Assembly: GCA_051251855.1 (NCBI GenBank)
Contig: JBPOGI010000002.1
Span: 608,001 to 672,000, forward strand
Source: Roseibacillus sp.
GTDB lineage: Bacteria; Verrucomicrobiota; Verrucomicrobiia; Verrucomicrobiales; Akkermansiaceae
Reading direction: 5' to 3'
DNA: 64,000 bases
Shown piece after piece: positions 9,982 to 20,610 of this stretch. Position numbers and translations under genes: made by a program. Under the pieces are notes generated by a model that made no database searches, was not told the origin of the DNA, and saw nothing but the letters and a program-made list of their open reading frames with translations. Numbering within the stretch: position 1 is the first letter of the stretch; each line of letters opens with the position of its first letter.

Positions 9982-11520
9982 ATGAGTGAACCCGAATCGA
10001 ACTGCCCCTCCTGCTCCTTGCCCATCCAGGGAGGAACAGCCGGAGGCCTTTGTCCTCGCTGCTCGCTCGACTCGGTCTTATTTCAGGAAGAAAGTGTAGT
10101 GAAGAGTCAGCCCGGAGTTCTGGAGATTGAGGGAATCGAACTGCAGGCCGAGATTGGGGAGGGAGGATTCGGGATTGTCTATCGAGCCAACCAGACGGGA
10201 ATCGTCCGCCGCAAAGTGGCCCTCAAAGTCCTCAAACCCGGGGTCGATACGCGCCAAGTTTTGCGCCGCTTCGAAGTCGAACGCCAAGCCCTCGCGCATC
10301 TGGAGCATCCGGGCATTGCGCGATTCTACGAAGCGGGACAAACCAAAGAAGGCTACCCGTATTTCACGATGGAATTGGTGGAAGGAGTTCCCATCAACGA
10401 AGTGCTTGGCGGGCAGCCCTTGACGGATGTTATGGGCCTGTTTCTTCAAGTCTGTGAAAGCGTGGCCCACGCGCACGACCAAGGAATTCTGCACCGCGAT
10501 TTGAAACCGGGGAACATCCTCGTCACTCCTGCCGGAGCGCCCAAGGTCATCGACTTCGGCCTCGCCAAAGCGCTCGACGCTGAACAAGCGCCCGGCATGA
10601 CTCTCTACACCGGAGGGGAAGCTTGGCTCGGAACCCCGGGATATGCTGCTCCTGAACAGCTGAATGCGAGCGAGATTCAGCTCGATGAAAGAGCCGACGT
10701 TTTTTCGCTCGGGGCGATCCTTTATCATCTCCTCACCGGCTTGAACCCTGGAGACGCACGTGAGATGGCGACGCTCCCTGATACTCTTCCGCCTCCGTCG
10801 GAGATTGCTCTTCAAAAAATCGATCCCGCTTTGGATGCGATTACCCTGCATGCTCTCTCGTCCAATCGGGAAGAGCGCTACTCTTCGGTGCGGGCTCTCA
10901 TGGCCGACCTTCGCCGTTATCGCAATGGTGATGCGCTCTCTATCAAAGCGCCAAAACGCCGCTCCTTCAAGGGGCTACTATTCTCAGGCGCTCTCATCCT
11001 TTCTCTTGTTGCTGGCTGGATAATTTATTCCAGCACAAATCGAAATACCAACGAACCAACTGAGGTCATCTCAATCGAAAGTGACTATCATGGTTTCACT
11101 TTTGAAGAGATTGGCTTCATCAAGCTTACCGATGAGGAAGAAAGCATCCCGCCCTTCGACGAGTCGCGGAACTTTACCTGGATTCGTTTTCAGAAGCCGG
11201 ATGGGGGAGAGTTCATCCTTTCTTACGACGGTCTCTACCGCTCAGCGACCGTGACTCAATTTTTCGTCGGGGGAAAGCGTCCGGATGAACCCAGAGTGAG
11301 AGTGATTCCCGTGGATTCAGAGGAGGACAAGAAGCTCGTCCAATTATACGAAGGGCTGATTGAGAACGCCATTGGCTTGGAACAAGCGGCTTATCTCGAA
11401 GCCACGCCTTGGAGCGAACTTCCCAAGGGCAAGGGTTCGGAACAACTCCGCATGTTCAAGATCCTCTATGGGGCGATTGAGCTCTTCAAAATTCATCGCA
11501 AAGATAACGACTGGGAGTAG
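9982..11520 (+). CDS. Hanks-type Ser/Thr protein kinase with TM segment and extracytoplasmic C-terminus
   Basis: N-terminal CPSC..CPRC ribbon, GEGGFGIVY, VALK, HRDLKPGN, DFGLAK, GTPGYAAPE; TM segment near aa 332-350. Confidence 0.95.
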   Translation: MSEPESNCPSCSLPIQGGTAGGLCPRCSLDSVLFQEESVVKSQPGVLEIEGIELQAEIGEGGFGIVYRANQTGIVRRKVALKVLKPGVDTRQVLRRFEVERQALAHLEHPGIARFYEAGQTKEGYPYFTMELVEGVPINEVLGGQPLTDVMGLFLQVCESVAHAHDQGILHRDLKPGNILVTPAGAPKVIDFGLAKALDAEQAPGMTLYTGGEAWLGTPGYAAPEQLNASEIQLDERADVFSLGAILYHLLTGLNPGDAREMATLPDTLPPPSEIALQKIDPALDAITLHALSSNREERYSSVRALMADLRRYRNGDALSIKAPKRRSFKGLLFSGALILSLVAGWIIYSSTNRNTNEPTEVISIESDYHGFTFEEIGFIKLTDEEESIPPFDESRNFTWIRFQKPDGGEFILSYDGLYRSATVTQFFVGGKRPDEPRVRVIPVDSEEDKKLVQLYEGLIENAIGLEQAAYLEATPWSELPKGKGSEQLRMFKILYGAIELFKIHRKDNDWE

Positions 11521-11565
11521 AGGCCGCAGAAATAGAGCCATTCCACTGAAGTTGACCCCGTCCGT

Positions 11566-14184
11566 TCAAGGTCCGCTGATTTGTAGGCGATAGAAGCGGT
11601 GTCCTTCAGCCGGCGGTGCGCTTGTATCGAGGAAGGTGGCCGTTCCTCCAGCTGCGCGATAGCGAATCTGATTATCGTCCAAGTCCAGAAACTGCCACGG
11701 TGAGTCCAAGTGATCGGTGTATTCAATCTCGTAAGCGCGATTGGAAAGGTAATCAAAACTGAGGGTGGGAGACTGGTTAGGAGTCTCGAAGGAAAGCAAG
11801 GTCTCGCAGAGCCGCTCCATGGGATCCACCGGACTCAAGCCGAGCAAATACTCCCCGTCATTGCTTAAACCGTCGTGGTCGAAGTCTGCTGTCCTTGCGA
11901 GAACTTCTCCCGCAGTCGCCAGCGACCATTCTTCGTAAGTTTGATATCCCGCAAGCTCGTTAATCCAGGCGGTGATGAGAGCCACTCCGTCCTCGTCCAC
12001 GACATGACTCGAGATGGGTGGCATTTGCGAGGACCCACGGGTCGAGATGCGGGAGAGCAGCATCGAGTTTGTCGGCGACCCCGGAACAATGACGCGGCTC
12101 GCGGTATTGTCGCCATTGTCACCCAGCACACCATTGATGATTCCAGCCTCGGCCAGTGGAGTCTGTAGTCGGCCATCCCACGCAGCCAGTCCGGAACCAT
12201 CATGGCAATTCGCACAGTTTGCCTGCAGATAGGAACGGGCGCGAAATTCGACGCTGACATCGACCGCAGAAGTGGGAGCGAGAGCGGGGAGGGAACGATG
12301 GGAAGGGGGCGTGTTTTCAAAGTAACCCATCGTGTTCAAGGCCGACAATTGATTGTGATCCTCAGACCCAAAGAGTCTCGTCCGATTCAGTTGGGCACTA
12401 TCGAAACCCAAGGCCCAACCGCTGTCTGGAGTGTGACAACTGATGCAATTTGATCGTGAAGGGTAGTCCCACCTCTGCGTCACGGCCAGACCATCGATGA
12501 TTCGATTGAGGTCTTCGGTGGCTCCTTCTTCCGGCACCAGCACGGCATCGGTCTGACTTGGATTCCAGCGATAGGTCACGCCGTAAACATCCGTCTCTGT
12601 CTTTACCAAGAAGCGCGTCTCCAGTCGGCGGGCGGTAGCAGGGTCACCTTCGGTCAATTCAATGTCAAAGTGTTTGATCCAAACGCTGCCCGTCGGAAAG
12701 GTAAAGGGACCTTCGGAATCGTAGCCAATCTGATCCGCGACCTCAGGCACACTTAACCAACGGGATTTATCGGCCCCATCAGACCAAAAGGGGGCATTGA
12801 TTTGGTAGGGGAGAATGCCTGCTTCTGGAACCAAGGAAGCGAGATTCGAAAAGGCTCCAGTCGCGGAGAGGGTCGGAGGAAGCGAATCCGTCGGTTCCGA
12901 TAGGTTGCGAACGATCCGTTGAACCGAATCACCATAGGCTATCAGCACATCTCCGTTCCTTGGGTCTTCCCCAAAGGCCCGCGGGCCAAATCCGTAGGAG
13001 GTTGCGACCACCTCATAAGGCACAGGATTGGCGCCATTCGGGATAAGCCCTCGGATTTCCCCGTTACCCCAATCTGTGAAGAGATACGTGCCACTCAGCT
13101 CAGGCAAACGTGAACCCCGATAGACCACGCCACCAATCACCGATAGTCCAGCGTTTCGCCCATAGGCATTGATTGGTTCCACAAAGGCTACCCCCGCTGG
13201 CGGCGTCCCTACTCCAGCGCCCGTTCCCTCCCGAAAGGGCCAACCGTAGTTGCCACCTGCTGTGATTGAATTCACTTCCTCAAAGTCATTCTCCCCGACG
13301 TCGCCCAGGAAAATGGAGCCAGACCCGGAATCAATACTGAACCTCCATGGGTTCCGAAGACCGACCGCAAAGAACTCCGTTCGCAGATCGGCTGCGGCCA
13401 CCGAGAGGCCGTTAAATTCCGTCGCTCCCACGAAAGGGTTGTCACTCGGAACCCAATAGCTGCCAACAACGCTGGGATGGGGGTTGGGAGCGAGACTCCC
13501 TGGCAGGCCATCGACATCGATCCTCATCACCGCAGAGTAGAAATCCCGATCGATTTTCTGCGCGTTCCTGCGATCCCCACCATCTCCCAGCGACACATAG
13601 AGGAACCCATCCCCGCCGAATTCCAAATCTCCCCCATTGTGATTGCGCCCCCACTCATCGCCCGGCTGTCGGATCAGGACGCTCTCACTCGTGGCATCTC
13701 CCAAGTCCGCATCAGAAGCGTCGACCGTGAACCTCGCGAGGACGTCATCATGGACGATGAGCGGGCTGGGATTGCCCTGCGTATAGAAAACGTAGAAGTA
13801 TCCGTTCGTCGCATAGTTCGGATGAAAGGCCATCCCGAGCAAACCTTCCTCACCCGTCCCGCTTTCCACGCGGTCGGTCAGATCCAGAAATTCCTCCGGG
13901 ACAGGGTTTGCGAGATCCGGAATGACGAAAATTCTGCCTCCTTGATCGACAACAAAAAGGCGGTCATCATTCGGCGGCGAAACCAGATCTACCGGAGACC
14001 CCACAGACCCCAGTTGGGCATCTTCCAATTGGTAAGGCTCCAAGCTCAATATCGCAGGTGGCATTTGAAGGGTGGTGTTCGCAACCCGTTCTGGAATCTG
14101 CCCCCTTACCAGCGCACCGCCCAGAATCGAGAGGCTCAACAAACAAAGCACCTTGGTCATCGTTGAAAAATTATCAGTTATCAT
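11566..14184 (-). CDS. Secreted PQQ-type glucose/sorbosone dehydrogenase-like propeller fused to a diheme cytochrome c domain
   Basis: [26 protein letters not shown] and GLRNPWR motifs; [12 protein letters not shown]; two CxxCH (CISCH, CANCH); MPP distal ligand; start may be 14160. Confidence 0.88.
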   Translation of the reverse strand: MITDNFSTMTKVLCLLSLSILGGALVRGQIPERVANTTLQMPPAILSLEPYQLEDAQLGSVGSPVDLVSPPNDDRLFVVDQGGRIFVIPDLANPVPEEFLDLTDRVESGTGEEGLLGMAFHPNYATNGYFYVFYTQGNPSPLIVHDDVLARFTVDASDADLGDATSESVLIRQPGDEWGRNHNGGDLEFGGDGFLYVSLGDGGDRRNAQKIDRDFYSAVMRIDVDGLPGSLAPNPHPSVVGSYWVPSDNPFVGATEFNGLSVAAADLRTEFFAVGLRNPWRFSIDSGSGSIFLGDVGENDFEEVNSITAGGNYGWPFREGTGAGVGTPPAGVAFVEPINAYGRNAGLSVIGGVVYRGSRLPELSGTYLFTDWGNGEIRGLIPNGANPVPYEVVATSYGFGPRAFGEDPRNGDVLIAYGDSVQRIVRNLSEPTDSLPPTLSATGAFSNLASLVPEAGILPYQINAPFWSDGADKSRWLSVPEVADQIGYDSEGPFTFPTGSVWIKHFDIELTEGDPATARRLETRFLVKTETDVYGVTYRWNPSQTDAVLVPEEGATEDLNRIIDGLAVTQRWDYPSRSNCISCHTPDSGWALGFDSAQLNRTRLFGSEDHNQLSALNTMGYFENTPPSHRSLPALAPTSAVDVSVEFRARSYLQANCANCHDGSGLAAWDGRLQTPLAEAGIINGVLGDNGDNTASRVIVPGSPTNSMLLSRISTRGSSQMPPISSHVVDEDGVALITAWINELAGYQTYEEWSLATAGEVLARTADFDHDGLSNDGEYLLGLSPVDPMERLCETLLSFETPNQSPTLSFDYLSNRAYEIEYTDHLDSPWQFLDLDDNQIRYRAAGGTATFLDTSAPPAEGHRFYRLQISGP

Positions 14185-14224
14185 AGCTCTGTAGGGTCCG
14201 TACGAGAGACTGTCCTCACTTCAA

Positions 14225-14253
14225 TCTCTCGATAAACGTTCCCAAACGTTTCA
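14225..14253 (-). promoter_or_regulatory. Putative ECF promoter (TGAAACG-N15-CGAGAGA)
   Basis: Minus strand reads TGAAACG tttgggaacgtttat CGAGAGA, about 40 nt upstream of the dehydrogenase gene. Confidence 0.7.
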
Positions 14254-14426
14254 GTCAAAATAGATTTTTTTGACCGCAAAACGAGCGAAAATAAAGTTCC
14301 TTAGAAATTGAGTTTCGTAAGTTTCGCGGTCAACTTGTCAAAGCATTCACGGAGAACAGGGAGAAGGTTTTAGCATTTTCCTTAGCTTGATTTCCCAGCA
14401 CGAAGAACCGTTGCTGTCCGATGAGA

Positions 14427-17400
14427 CTACTCCACGTTCAGGAGGTAAAAGGCGGCATCATCGAGGACGGGGAATTGAAATTCGATTTCGCCGGAGCTGT
14501 TGATGGTGGTTTCAGGGTCCGTGAAAGGGAAGGGGAGAAAGGTGCTGAGGTCAGTGGCTTTTTCAATCCCGATGGTCAGGGTAGCGGTGCCGCCTGTGAC
14601 TTGGAGCATTGGGGTGCCGACGTGGATGGCCTGGACTGCTGACTCGGTATAGAGCCCAGCAGTAGACGCGTTGGTCAGTAGGTCGTTCACTCTGTTAGGT
14701 TGTGCCGTTTCCCAATCAAAGCCGAAGCCTCGCAAGGAGTACTCGGCCCAGTCGTTCATGCCATCGCCATCGCCGTCTGTGGAGTGCGAGAGCCCTAGTC
14801 CGGAGATGTTGAAGGTGAATATCGGATCGCTGGAATCATTGGAGGTAATCAGAACGGAAGCGTTGCGCAGGGCAGTGCTAGGGCCAGAAGGGGTGAATGT
14901 AATGGTGAAATCAAGGCTCTGACTGGAAGTGAGATCGACTGTAGAGCTGATGACTGGCAGCGTCAGGCTAAACTCACCTAAGTTCGCTCCGCCTCGTGAA
15001 ATACTCTGAAGATCGAGATCAAGTTCGCCACCATTGACGAGGCGAAAGGTATAGGCCTCGCTGGTCCCCAGTTGCTGGCCATTGAACGATGCGGCGGCGC
15101 TGCTGTTGGTCAATTGAGTGCCAAAATGATCATACACGAGTAGTTCTCTTTGCCCAGAGATCGCAAATCTGTAGAGGTAGATGCTGCCGGCATCGGGGGC
15201 TTCATCGTTGTCACCGTATGCGCCGACAACGACGGAATCTCCTGAAATAGCGACAGAATGTCCGTAAAAGTCGAACGCCGCTGCATCGCCGGCGGTGAGC
15301 TTGGCTTCTTGGGACCATGAGGTTCCACTACGGGTGTAAAGATAGGCACTGCCAGAAGATGTGCCGCCATCATCGTCATTCAAGGCACCGACAACGACGG
15401 AATCCCCCGAAATGGAAACGGACTTTCCAAAGCCGTCATCGTTCGCCGGATCGCTCGCGGTCAGCTTGGCTTGTTGGGACCATGAAGAGCCACTGCGAGT
15501 GAAGACCCGGGCGCTACCTGTGGAAATACTTCCAATGAATTCCTCCTGTTCGACCCCGACGACAATGGAATCTTCTGAGATGGCGACAGAAGCTCCAAAC
15601 CAGGCATTCACCACAGGATCGTCTGAGGTGAGTTTATCTTGCTGTGACCATAGAGACCCACTACGCGTAAAGACATAGGCACTGCCAGAATTTGTCCGGA
15701 CATCATCATCTTGAAAAGCTCCGACGACGACGGAATCACCAGAAATGGCGACAGAAAATCCAAAGAAATCAGCTGCTGCAGCATCGTCCGCGGTGAGCTT
15801 GGATTCCTGGGACCATGAGGTGCCACTGCGTGTGAAGATATAGGCACTGCCAGATGAGCCTAAGCCGCAATTGTCGCTCCGGAAAGCTCCGATAACAACG
15901 GAATGGCCTGAAATAGAGACAGAACGTCCAAAGAAATCAGCGCTCGCAGCATCGTCAGCGGTCAGCTTGGCTTGCTGGGCCCATGAAGACCCACTGCGGG
16001 TGAAGACGTAGGCACTGCCAGAAGATGAGCCGCCATCGTCGTCGCCGTCCGCCCCGACGACGACAGAATCGCCTGAAATGGCGACCGATTCTCCAAATGA
16101 ATCACTTGCCGCAGCATCATTTGCCCTCAGTTTGGCTTGCAGGAACCATAAATTGCCGCTGCGTGTGAATACATAGGCACTGCCTGAGGAAATGCCGCCA
16201 TCGTCATCCAGTTTGACACCGACGACAACGGAATCGCCTGAAATAGCAACAGAATCTCCAAAGCGGTCCAACTCTGCAGCTTCGTTCGCGGTCAGCTTGT
16301 CTTGCTGGGACCACGAAGTGCCACTGCGGGTGAAGACGTAGGCACTGCCAGAAGATGAGCCATCATCGTCGTCTAGATGAGCACCGGCGACGACAGAATC
16401 GCCGGAAATGGCGACTGTTTTTCCAAAGTTGTCATTAGCCGCAGCATCGCTAGCAGTCAGCTTGTCTTGCTGAGACCATGAAGAGCCACTGCGGGTGAAG
16501 ATGTAGACCCCGCCAGAACTTAGACCAGCGTGGGAGTCACCGTTGGCACCGACGGCGATGGAATCGTCAGAAATAGCGACAGATTCTCCAAAGAAAGCAA
16601 GCGCTGTGGCATCGCCAGCGTTCAGCTTGGCTTGTTGGGACCATAAAGAGCCACTGCGGGTGAAGACATAAGCGCTGCCGGAAGCTGAGCCGGCATCGTC
16701 ATCACTGTAGGCACCGACGACGATGGTATCGCCTGAAATAGCGACAGAATCTCCGAAGTTATCACTGGCCGCGGCATCGCCAGCGGTGAGCTTGTCTTGT
16801 TGGGACCAAGAAGAACCACTGCGGTTGAAAACGTAGGCACTGCCGTAATCGGTGCCGATGTTGTCGTCAAGATTAGCGCCGACAACAGCGGAATCGCCGG
16901 AAATGGCGACGGAAATTCCAAAGTTATCACCAGCCGCAGCATCACTCGCGGTGAGCTTGGCTTGCTGAGCCCACGAAGAGCCACTGCGGTTGAAAACGTA
17001 AGCACTGCCAGAAAAGGACCCGTTGTCATCGTTCAGACGAGCACCGACGATAACGGAATCGCCAGAAATGGCGACCGAGTATCCGAAGTTGTCTTCAGAA
17101 GCGGCATCACCAGCCGTGAGCTTTTCTTGCAAGGACCATAAAGAGCCAACGCGGGTGAATAGGTAGGCACTGCCGGAATTTAGTCCGCCATCGTCGTCCC
17201 GATAAGCGCCGACGGCGACAGAATCCCCTGAAATGGCGACCGAGAATCCAAACCTGTCCTCCCTCGCAGCATCGTCAGCGGTCAGTTTGGCTTGCAGGGA
17301 CCAGGAAGAACCAAAGCGTGTAAAGATATAGGCACTGCCGGAGGCAGAGCCGCCATCGTCATCTCGTTCGGCACCGACGACGACGGTGTCTCCTGAAATA

Positions 17401-18401
17401 GCGACCGAGGTTCCAAATCTATCACTGGACGAGGCATCGTTCGCGGAAAGTTCGGCTTCTTCATTGACGATCAAAGGATCAACGGTCACGGGGTAGACGG
17501 CTTGGGCATCATTATAGGCAAGTAAAAAACCGGTCTCGATTGGTTCCATCGTGGCCGGGAGTTCCTGGCCTTGGGCATCCACGACGAGGAGTTTGGAATA
17601 GCTGAGCACGGTTCTCTTACCTTCGTTAAAGTTGAGTTGGTAACTGCCATCCTCAGCGGTATGGGCAGCCGCTGTGAGACCGTAGAGAGCGACTTCGATC
17701 ACAACCTCTTCGGTTGGATTTAGATGTGCGGGGCGTTGGGCAACGGTGTAGCCATGCTCCATCGCGACGACGCCATTATGATACCACTCGGTCAGTTCGG
17801 GGCTATGTCGATATTCGACCCTCGTGCTGGAGGTTTCATTTTTTTCAGGAGAAGCACTAAGTGGAATGTTGTTTCCAGCGAAGGAAAGCACGTTCATCTG
17901 CGCGGTCCAAGAGGTGGAGGCCTTCTCGGCATCTTCCTCAGTATAGGTCCGATCTGAGGAAACAAACTGTATCCCTTGAGGCCCAAATCTTGTGGTGAGA
18001 TTCTGCTTAGGGTGCAGGGCATAGAAATCGAAACCGAGGTTTTCCTCACGTTGGCTCCACGACTCAGGGATGGGTCGGATCTCACGACGCGCCTCCGAGA
18101 ATGCAGCCCAGAGGGACTTTTGCTCCGATTGAGAAAGCTCCTCGATCTCCTCTTGGGATTTGTTTGTCTTGTTAAGATAAGCAGGCGAGGAGTTAGTAAC
18201 GAGGTGGCGATTATTTTGACTAACTTCAGGTTGGGAGGGAGATGTAGTGGGAGTCAAAGATGGTGAAGATGTATCTGATGCAGCCCTATCAGTTTGGAAA
18301 TCCTCTTTGGTTTTCAGTTCTTTGGAGTCATCACTAGGCTTATATAAAAAGGCAGCTCCGATGAGAGCGATGACGGGCAGGAAATAACGGATATTTTTCA
18401 T
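14427..18401 (-). CDS. Secreted FG-GAP repeat (integrin-alpha-like) protein with C-terminal Ig-like domain
   Basis: Signal/anchor, N-terminal domain ending YPVTVDPL, 14 FG.SVAISGD.VVVGA repeats, then an Ig-like domain and C-terminal module. Confidence 0.9.
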   Translation of the reverse strand: MKNIRYFLPVIALIGAAFLYKPSDDSKELKTKEDFQTDRAASDTSSPSLTPTTSPSQPEVSQNNRHLVTNSSPAYLNKTNKSQEEIEELSQSEQKSLWAAFSEARREIRPIPESWSQREENLGFDFYALHPKQNLTTRFGPQGIQFVSSDRTYTEEDAEKASTSWTAQMNVLSFAGNNIPLSASPEKNETSSTRVEYRHSPELTEWYHNGVVAMEHGYTVAQRPAHLNPTEEVVIEVALYGLTAAAHTAEDGSYQLNFNEGKRTVLSYSKLLVVDAQGQELPATMEPIETGFLLAYNDAQAVYPVTVDPLIVNEEAELSANDASSSDRFGTSVAISGDTVVVGAERDDDGGSASGSAYIFTRFGSSWSLQAKLTADDAAREDRFGFSVAISGDSVAVGAYRDDDGGLNSGSAYLFTRVGSLWSLQEKLTAGDAASEDNFGYSVAISGDSVIVGARLNDDNGSFSGSAYVFNRSGSSWAQQAKLTASDAAAGDNFGISVAISGDSAVVGANLDDNIGTDYGSAYVFNRSGSSWSQQDKLTAGDAAASDNFGDSVAISGDTIVVGAYSDDDAGSASGSAYVFTRSGSLWSQQAKLNAGDATALAFFGESVAISDDSIAVGANGDSHAGLSSGGVYIFTRSGSSWSQQDKLTASDAAANDNFGKTVAISGDSVVAGAHLDDDDGSSSGSAYVFTRSGTSWSQQDKLTANEAAELDRFGDSVAISGDSVVVGVKLDDDGGISSGSAYVFTRSGNLWFLQAKLRANDAAASDSFGESVAISGDSVVVGADGDDDGGSSSGSAYVFTRSGSSWAQQAKLTADDAASADFFGRSVSISGHSVVIGAFRSDNCGLGSSGSAYIFTRSGTSWSQESKLTADDAAAADFFGFSVAISGDSVVVGAFQDDDVRTNSGSAYVFTRSGSLWSQQDKLTSDDPVVNAWFGASVAISEDSIVVGVEQEEFIGSISTGSARVFTRSGSSWSQQAKLTASDPANDDGFGKSVSISGDSVVVGALNDDDGGTSSGSAYLYTRSGTSWSQEAKLTAGDAAAFDFYGHSVAISGDSVVVGAYGDNDEAPDAGSIYLYRFAISGQRELLVYDHFGTQLTNSSAAASFNGQQLGTSEAYTFRLVNGGELDLDLQSISRGGANLGEFSLTLPVISSTVDLTSSQSLDFTITFTPSGPSTALRNASVLITSNDSSDPIFTFNISGLGLSHSTDGDGDGMNDWAEYSLRGFGFDWETAQPNRVNDLLTNASTAGLYTESAVQAIHVGTPMLQVTGGTATLTIGIEKATDLSTFLPFPFTDPETTINSSGEIEFQFPVLDDAAFYLLNVE
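15170..17460 (-). repeat. 14 intragenic tandem repeats of ~168 bp (56-aa FG-GAP blades)
   Basis: Recurring aggcactgcc..., gaaatggcgac and ccactgcg units; 14 SVAISGD-type motifs counted in the translation. Confidence 0.9.
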
Positions 18402-18529
18402 GTAAGTAAGACGTGAGTTTTTGAAAATTTGAGAGTCCCTATGCTATAGACCAAAAAACGGCTACGCGACGGAAAAATCTCCCTTCGGCACATCTTTCGG
18501 AACTGCAACGGAGACCGTTCTCATCTCAA

Positions 18530-18558
18530 TCTCTCGACAAACATCCCGAAACGTTTCA
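18530..18558 (-). promoter_or_regulatory. Putative ECF promoter (TGAAACG-N15-CGAGAGA)
   Basis: Minus strand reads TGAAACG tttcgggatgtttgt CGAGAGA; lies in a 56-bp block 47/56 identical to 14206-14261. Confidence 0.7.
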
Positions 18559-18747
18559 GGCAAAATGAATCTTTTTTTGCAGGAGAAATCTGAGAACCAC
18601 CAATTGGGCTGCGTTCGGCGCATAGATTGCGTATCGTGGAGGGGGGAGGAATCTCGACCGGTTTTTTGTGAGTATTGAGATCATGCCGATAGCTTTTGCT
18701 GAGATTGGGAAGAAAGGTTCCAGTCGATCAGAAAGTATGATGAGCCT

Positions 18748-20571
18748 ATGGGATTCCTGTTCTCTTTTTTCCTTATCGGTTCTTCTCTTTTAATGAGCAA
18801 AGATACCTTTGTTCCCATTCAAATGGATGAGGAGGTTCCCTCAAATGTGCCTGACCTTTGGAAGGGTTATGACCCGACGGTGGAGCCGTTGGATGTGGAG
18901 GTGGTGACTACTTTTGAAGAGGACGGGATTATCTGCAAATATGTTATCTATACGGTGGCTACGGTGAAGGGCGTTCCTTCGCGCATTGCTGCCTATTATA
19001 CTTATCCAAAAGGTGGGGAGAAGCTTCCGGCCTTTGTTTGGGCACATGGGGGAGGGCAGAAGGCGGATCGGTCTCGTGGTCTCTACTTTGCCAAGATGGG
19101 CTATGCTACTATCGATATCAATTGGAATGGGCGCGAGTTGGAACCGGGAATTGAGAAGAATACGGATTGGGGAATGGTCGACCCCTCGCAGGGAAAGCCA
19201 TTCTATGCGAAGGCTCCCCGCGAGAAGCGAAATCATGGAATGACTCCTGACGATTACAACATCGACCCGATGGTGAGTCCTCGGAATAAGTCTTGGTTCT
19301 TGCTTGCGGTAGCTGGGCGGCGGGCGATCACGTTTTTGGAACAGCAGCCGGAAGTGGATGCTGATAAGATTGGGTTCACTGGGTTTTCGATGGGAGGAAA
19401 TATTACGGCCTTTGTCGCGATTGATAGTCGGCTCAAGACGGTGGTGCCAGTAGTGGGTGGCACGGGTTTTCACTATGAAGAGATTCCCGGATATCCTCGA
19501 AAGAATCGAACTCGGCCGAATGGTGTTCTCGAAGATGCGACGATTGTGCCGCAGGTCTATTGGCCGCACGTCAAGATTCCAGTCTTGTTCATGAGTGGGA
19601 CGAACGACTTTCATGGGCGTATTGATTTCATGCAAAAGTGCGTGGATTTACTTCCACATGATGAGTGGAGCTTGTCACAGACGATGCACAATAATCACAA
19701 CCCAGGGAACCGGTCGTGGCTGGCGGTGGAGTATTGGTTCGACCAATATCTAAAAGGGCAAACTGCTCTCGTTCCAAAGACTCCCCAATCTGAACTCACT
19801 CAGAACTCGGAAACGGAGTGGACTTTTACTGTGACCCCGGACGCTGCGGAAAAGGTCAAGTCAGTGACTGTTTTTTACAGTTGGGATAGTGCGGTTTCCA
19901 ATCGCTACCACAAGCCGCTGATTCCAACTCAAGAGGGTGAGACCTGGTCGGCAACGATTCCCGCTCGAGCAGACTTGCCTCTCACGGTGTTTGCCAATGT
20001 TCACTATCAGACCCGTGATGGGGAATCAGAGGAGTCATTCACGGGGGTGGCCGATTGCTTTTCGGTGACCTCCCGATTTTATCGACAGATTCCTGAGAAT
20101 GTTCTTGAAGAAATCTATCAAGAGGAGGCCTCCAATCGAACTTTCGAACCGGTCTTTGCAGAGTTTCCGAAGGATAACGCAATGTGGGGAATTAGTAATC
20201 GCGACTTGAGCCTGCAGACCTATAAGTTCAATGACTTTGAGCTGAAGTTTCCTAAGGAAAGGAAGCTCAAGTTTGCGGTGGATCCGCAAGGAGGGAAAGT
20301 GGAACTCAAAGTCTACTTTAGCTCGCAGAAATATCGTGATGGCGAACGCAATGAGGGCAGCCGGATTACGATTAAGAAACGATTGACCGAACCGGGAGAT
20401 CTCGTGATCGCGTTGGAAGATTTGGTCTCAGCTGAGGGGGATCGCATCACCTCTTGGCATAATGTGGCCACGATGAAGGTTGTTCTGAGCGACTTTGGAG
20501 GTGGGGGCCCGATCGACCTGCTTGATTCTAAGGCGGAGCATTTGAAGAGGATTGAATGGGTTGATGAATAG
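18748..20571 (+). CDS. Secreted alpha/beta hydrolase (acetylxylan esterase/dienelactone hydrolase-like)
   Basis: HGGGQ oxyanion motif, GFSMGG nucleophile elbow, GTNDFHG, NHNP; signal peptide. Confidence 0.8.
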   Translation: MGFLFSFFLIGSSLLMSKDTFVPIQMDEEVPSNVPDLWKGYDPTVEPLDVEVVTTFEEDGIICKYVIYTVATVKGVPSRIAAYYTYPKGGEKLPAFVWAHGGGQKADRSRGLYFAKMGYATIDINWNGRELEPGIEKNTDWGMVDPSQGKPFYAKAPREKRNHGMTPDDYNIDPMVSPRNKSWFLLAVAGRRAITFLEQQPEVDADKIGFTGFSMGGNITAFVAIDSRLKTVVPVVGGTGFHYEEIPGYPRKNRTRPNGVLEDATIVPQVYWPHVKIPVLFMSGTNDFHGRIDFMQKCVDLLPHDEWSLSQTMHNNHNPGNRSWLAVEYWFDQYLKGQTALVPKTPQSELTQNSETEWTFTVTPDAAEKVKSVTVFYSWDSAVSNRYHKPLIPTQEGETWSATIPARADLPLTVFANVHYQTRDGESEESFTGVADCFSVTSRFYRQIPENVLEEIYQEEASNRTFEPVFAEFPKDNAMWGISNRDLSLQTYKFNDFELKFPKERKLKFAVDPQGGKVELKVYFSSQKYRDGERNEGSRITIKKRLTEPGDLVIALEDLVSAEGDRITSWHNVATMKVVLSDFGGGGPIDLLDSKAEHLKRIEWVDE

Positions 20572-20610
20572 GGAGCCTCAGGCTTCCTATTTCGAGAGAT
20601 ACTCTCAACG

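Noticed and set aside
15170..17460. Regularly spaced repeats as a possible CRISPR array
   Set aside because: The ~168-bp period is an in-frame protein repeat; there are no unique spacers and no cas genes
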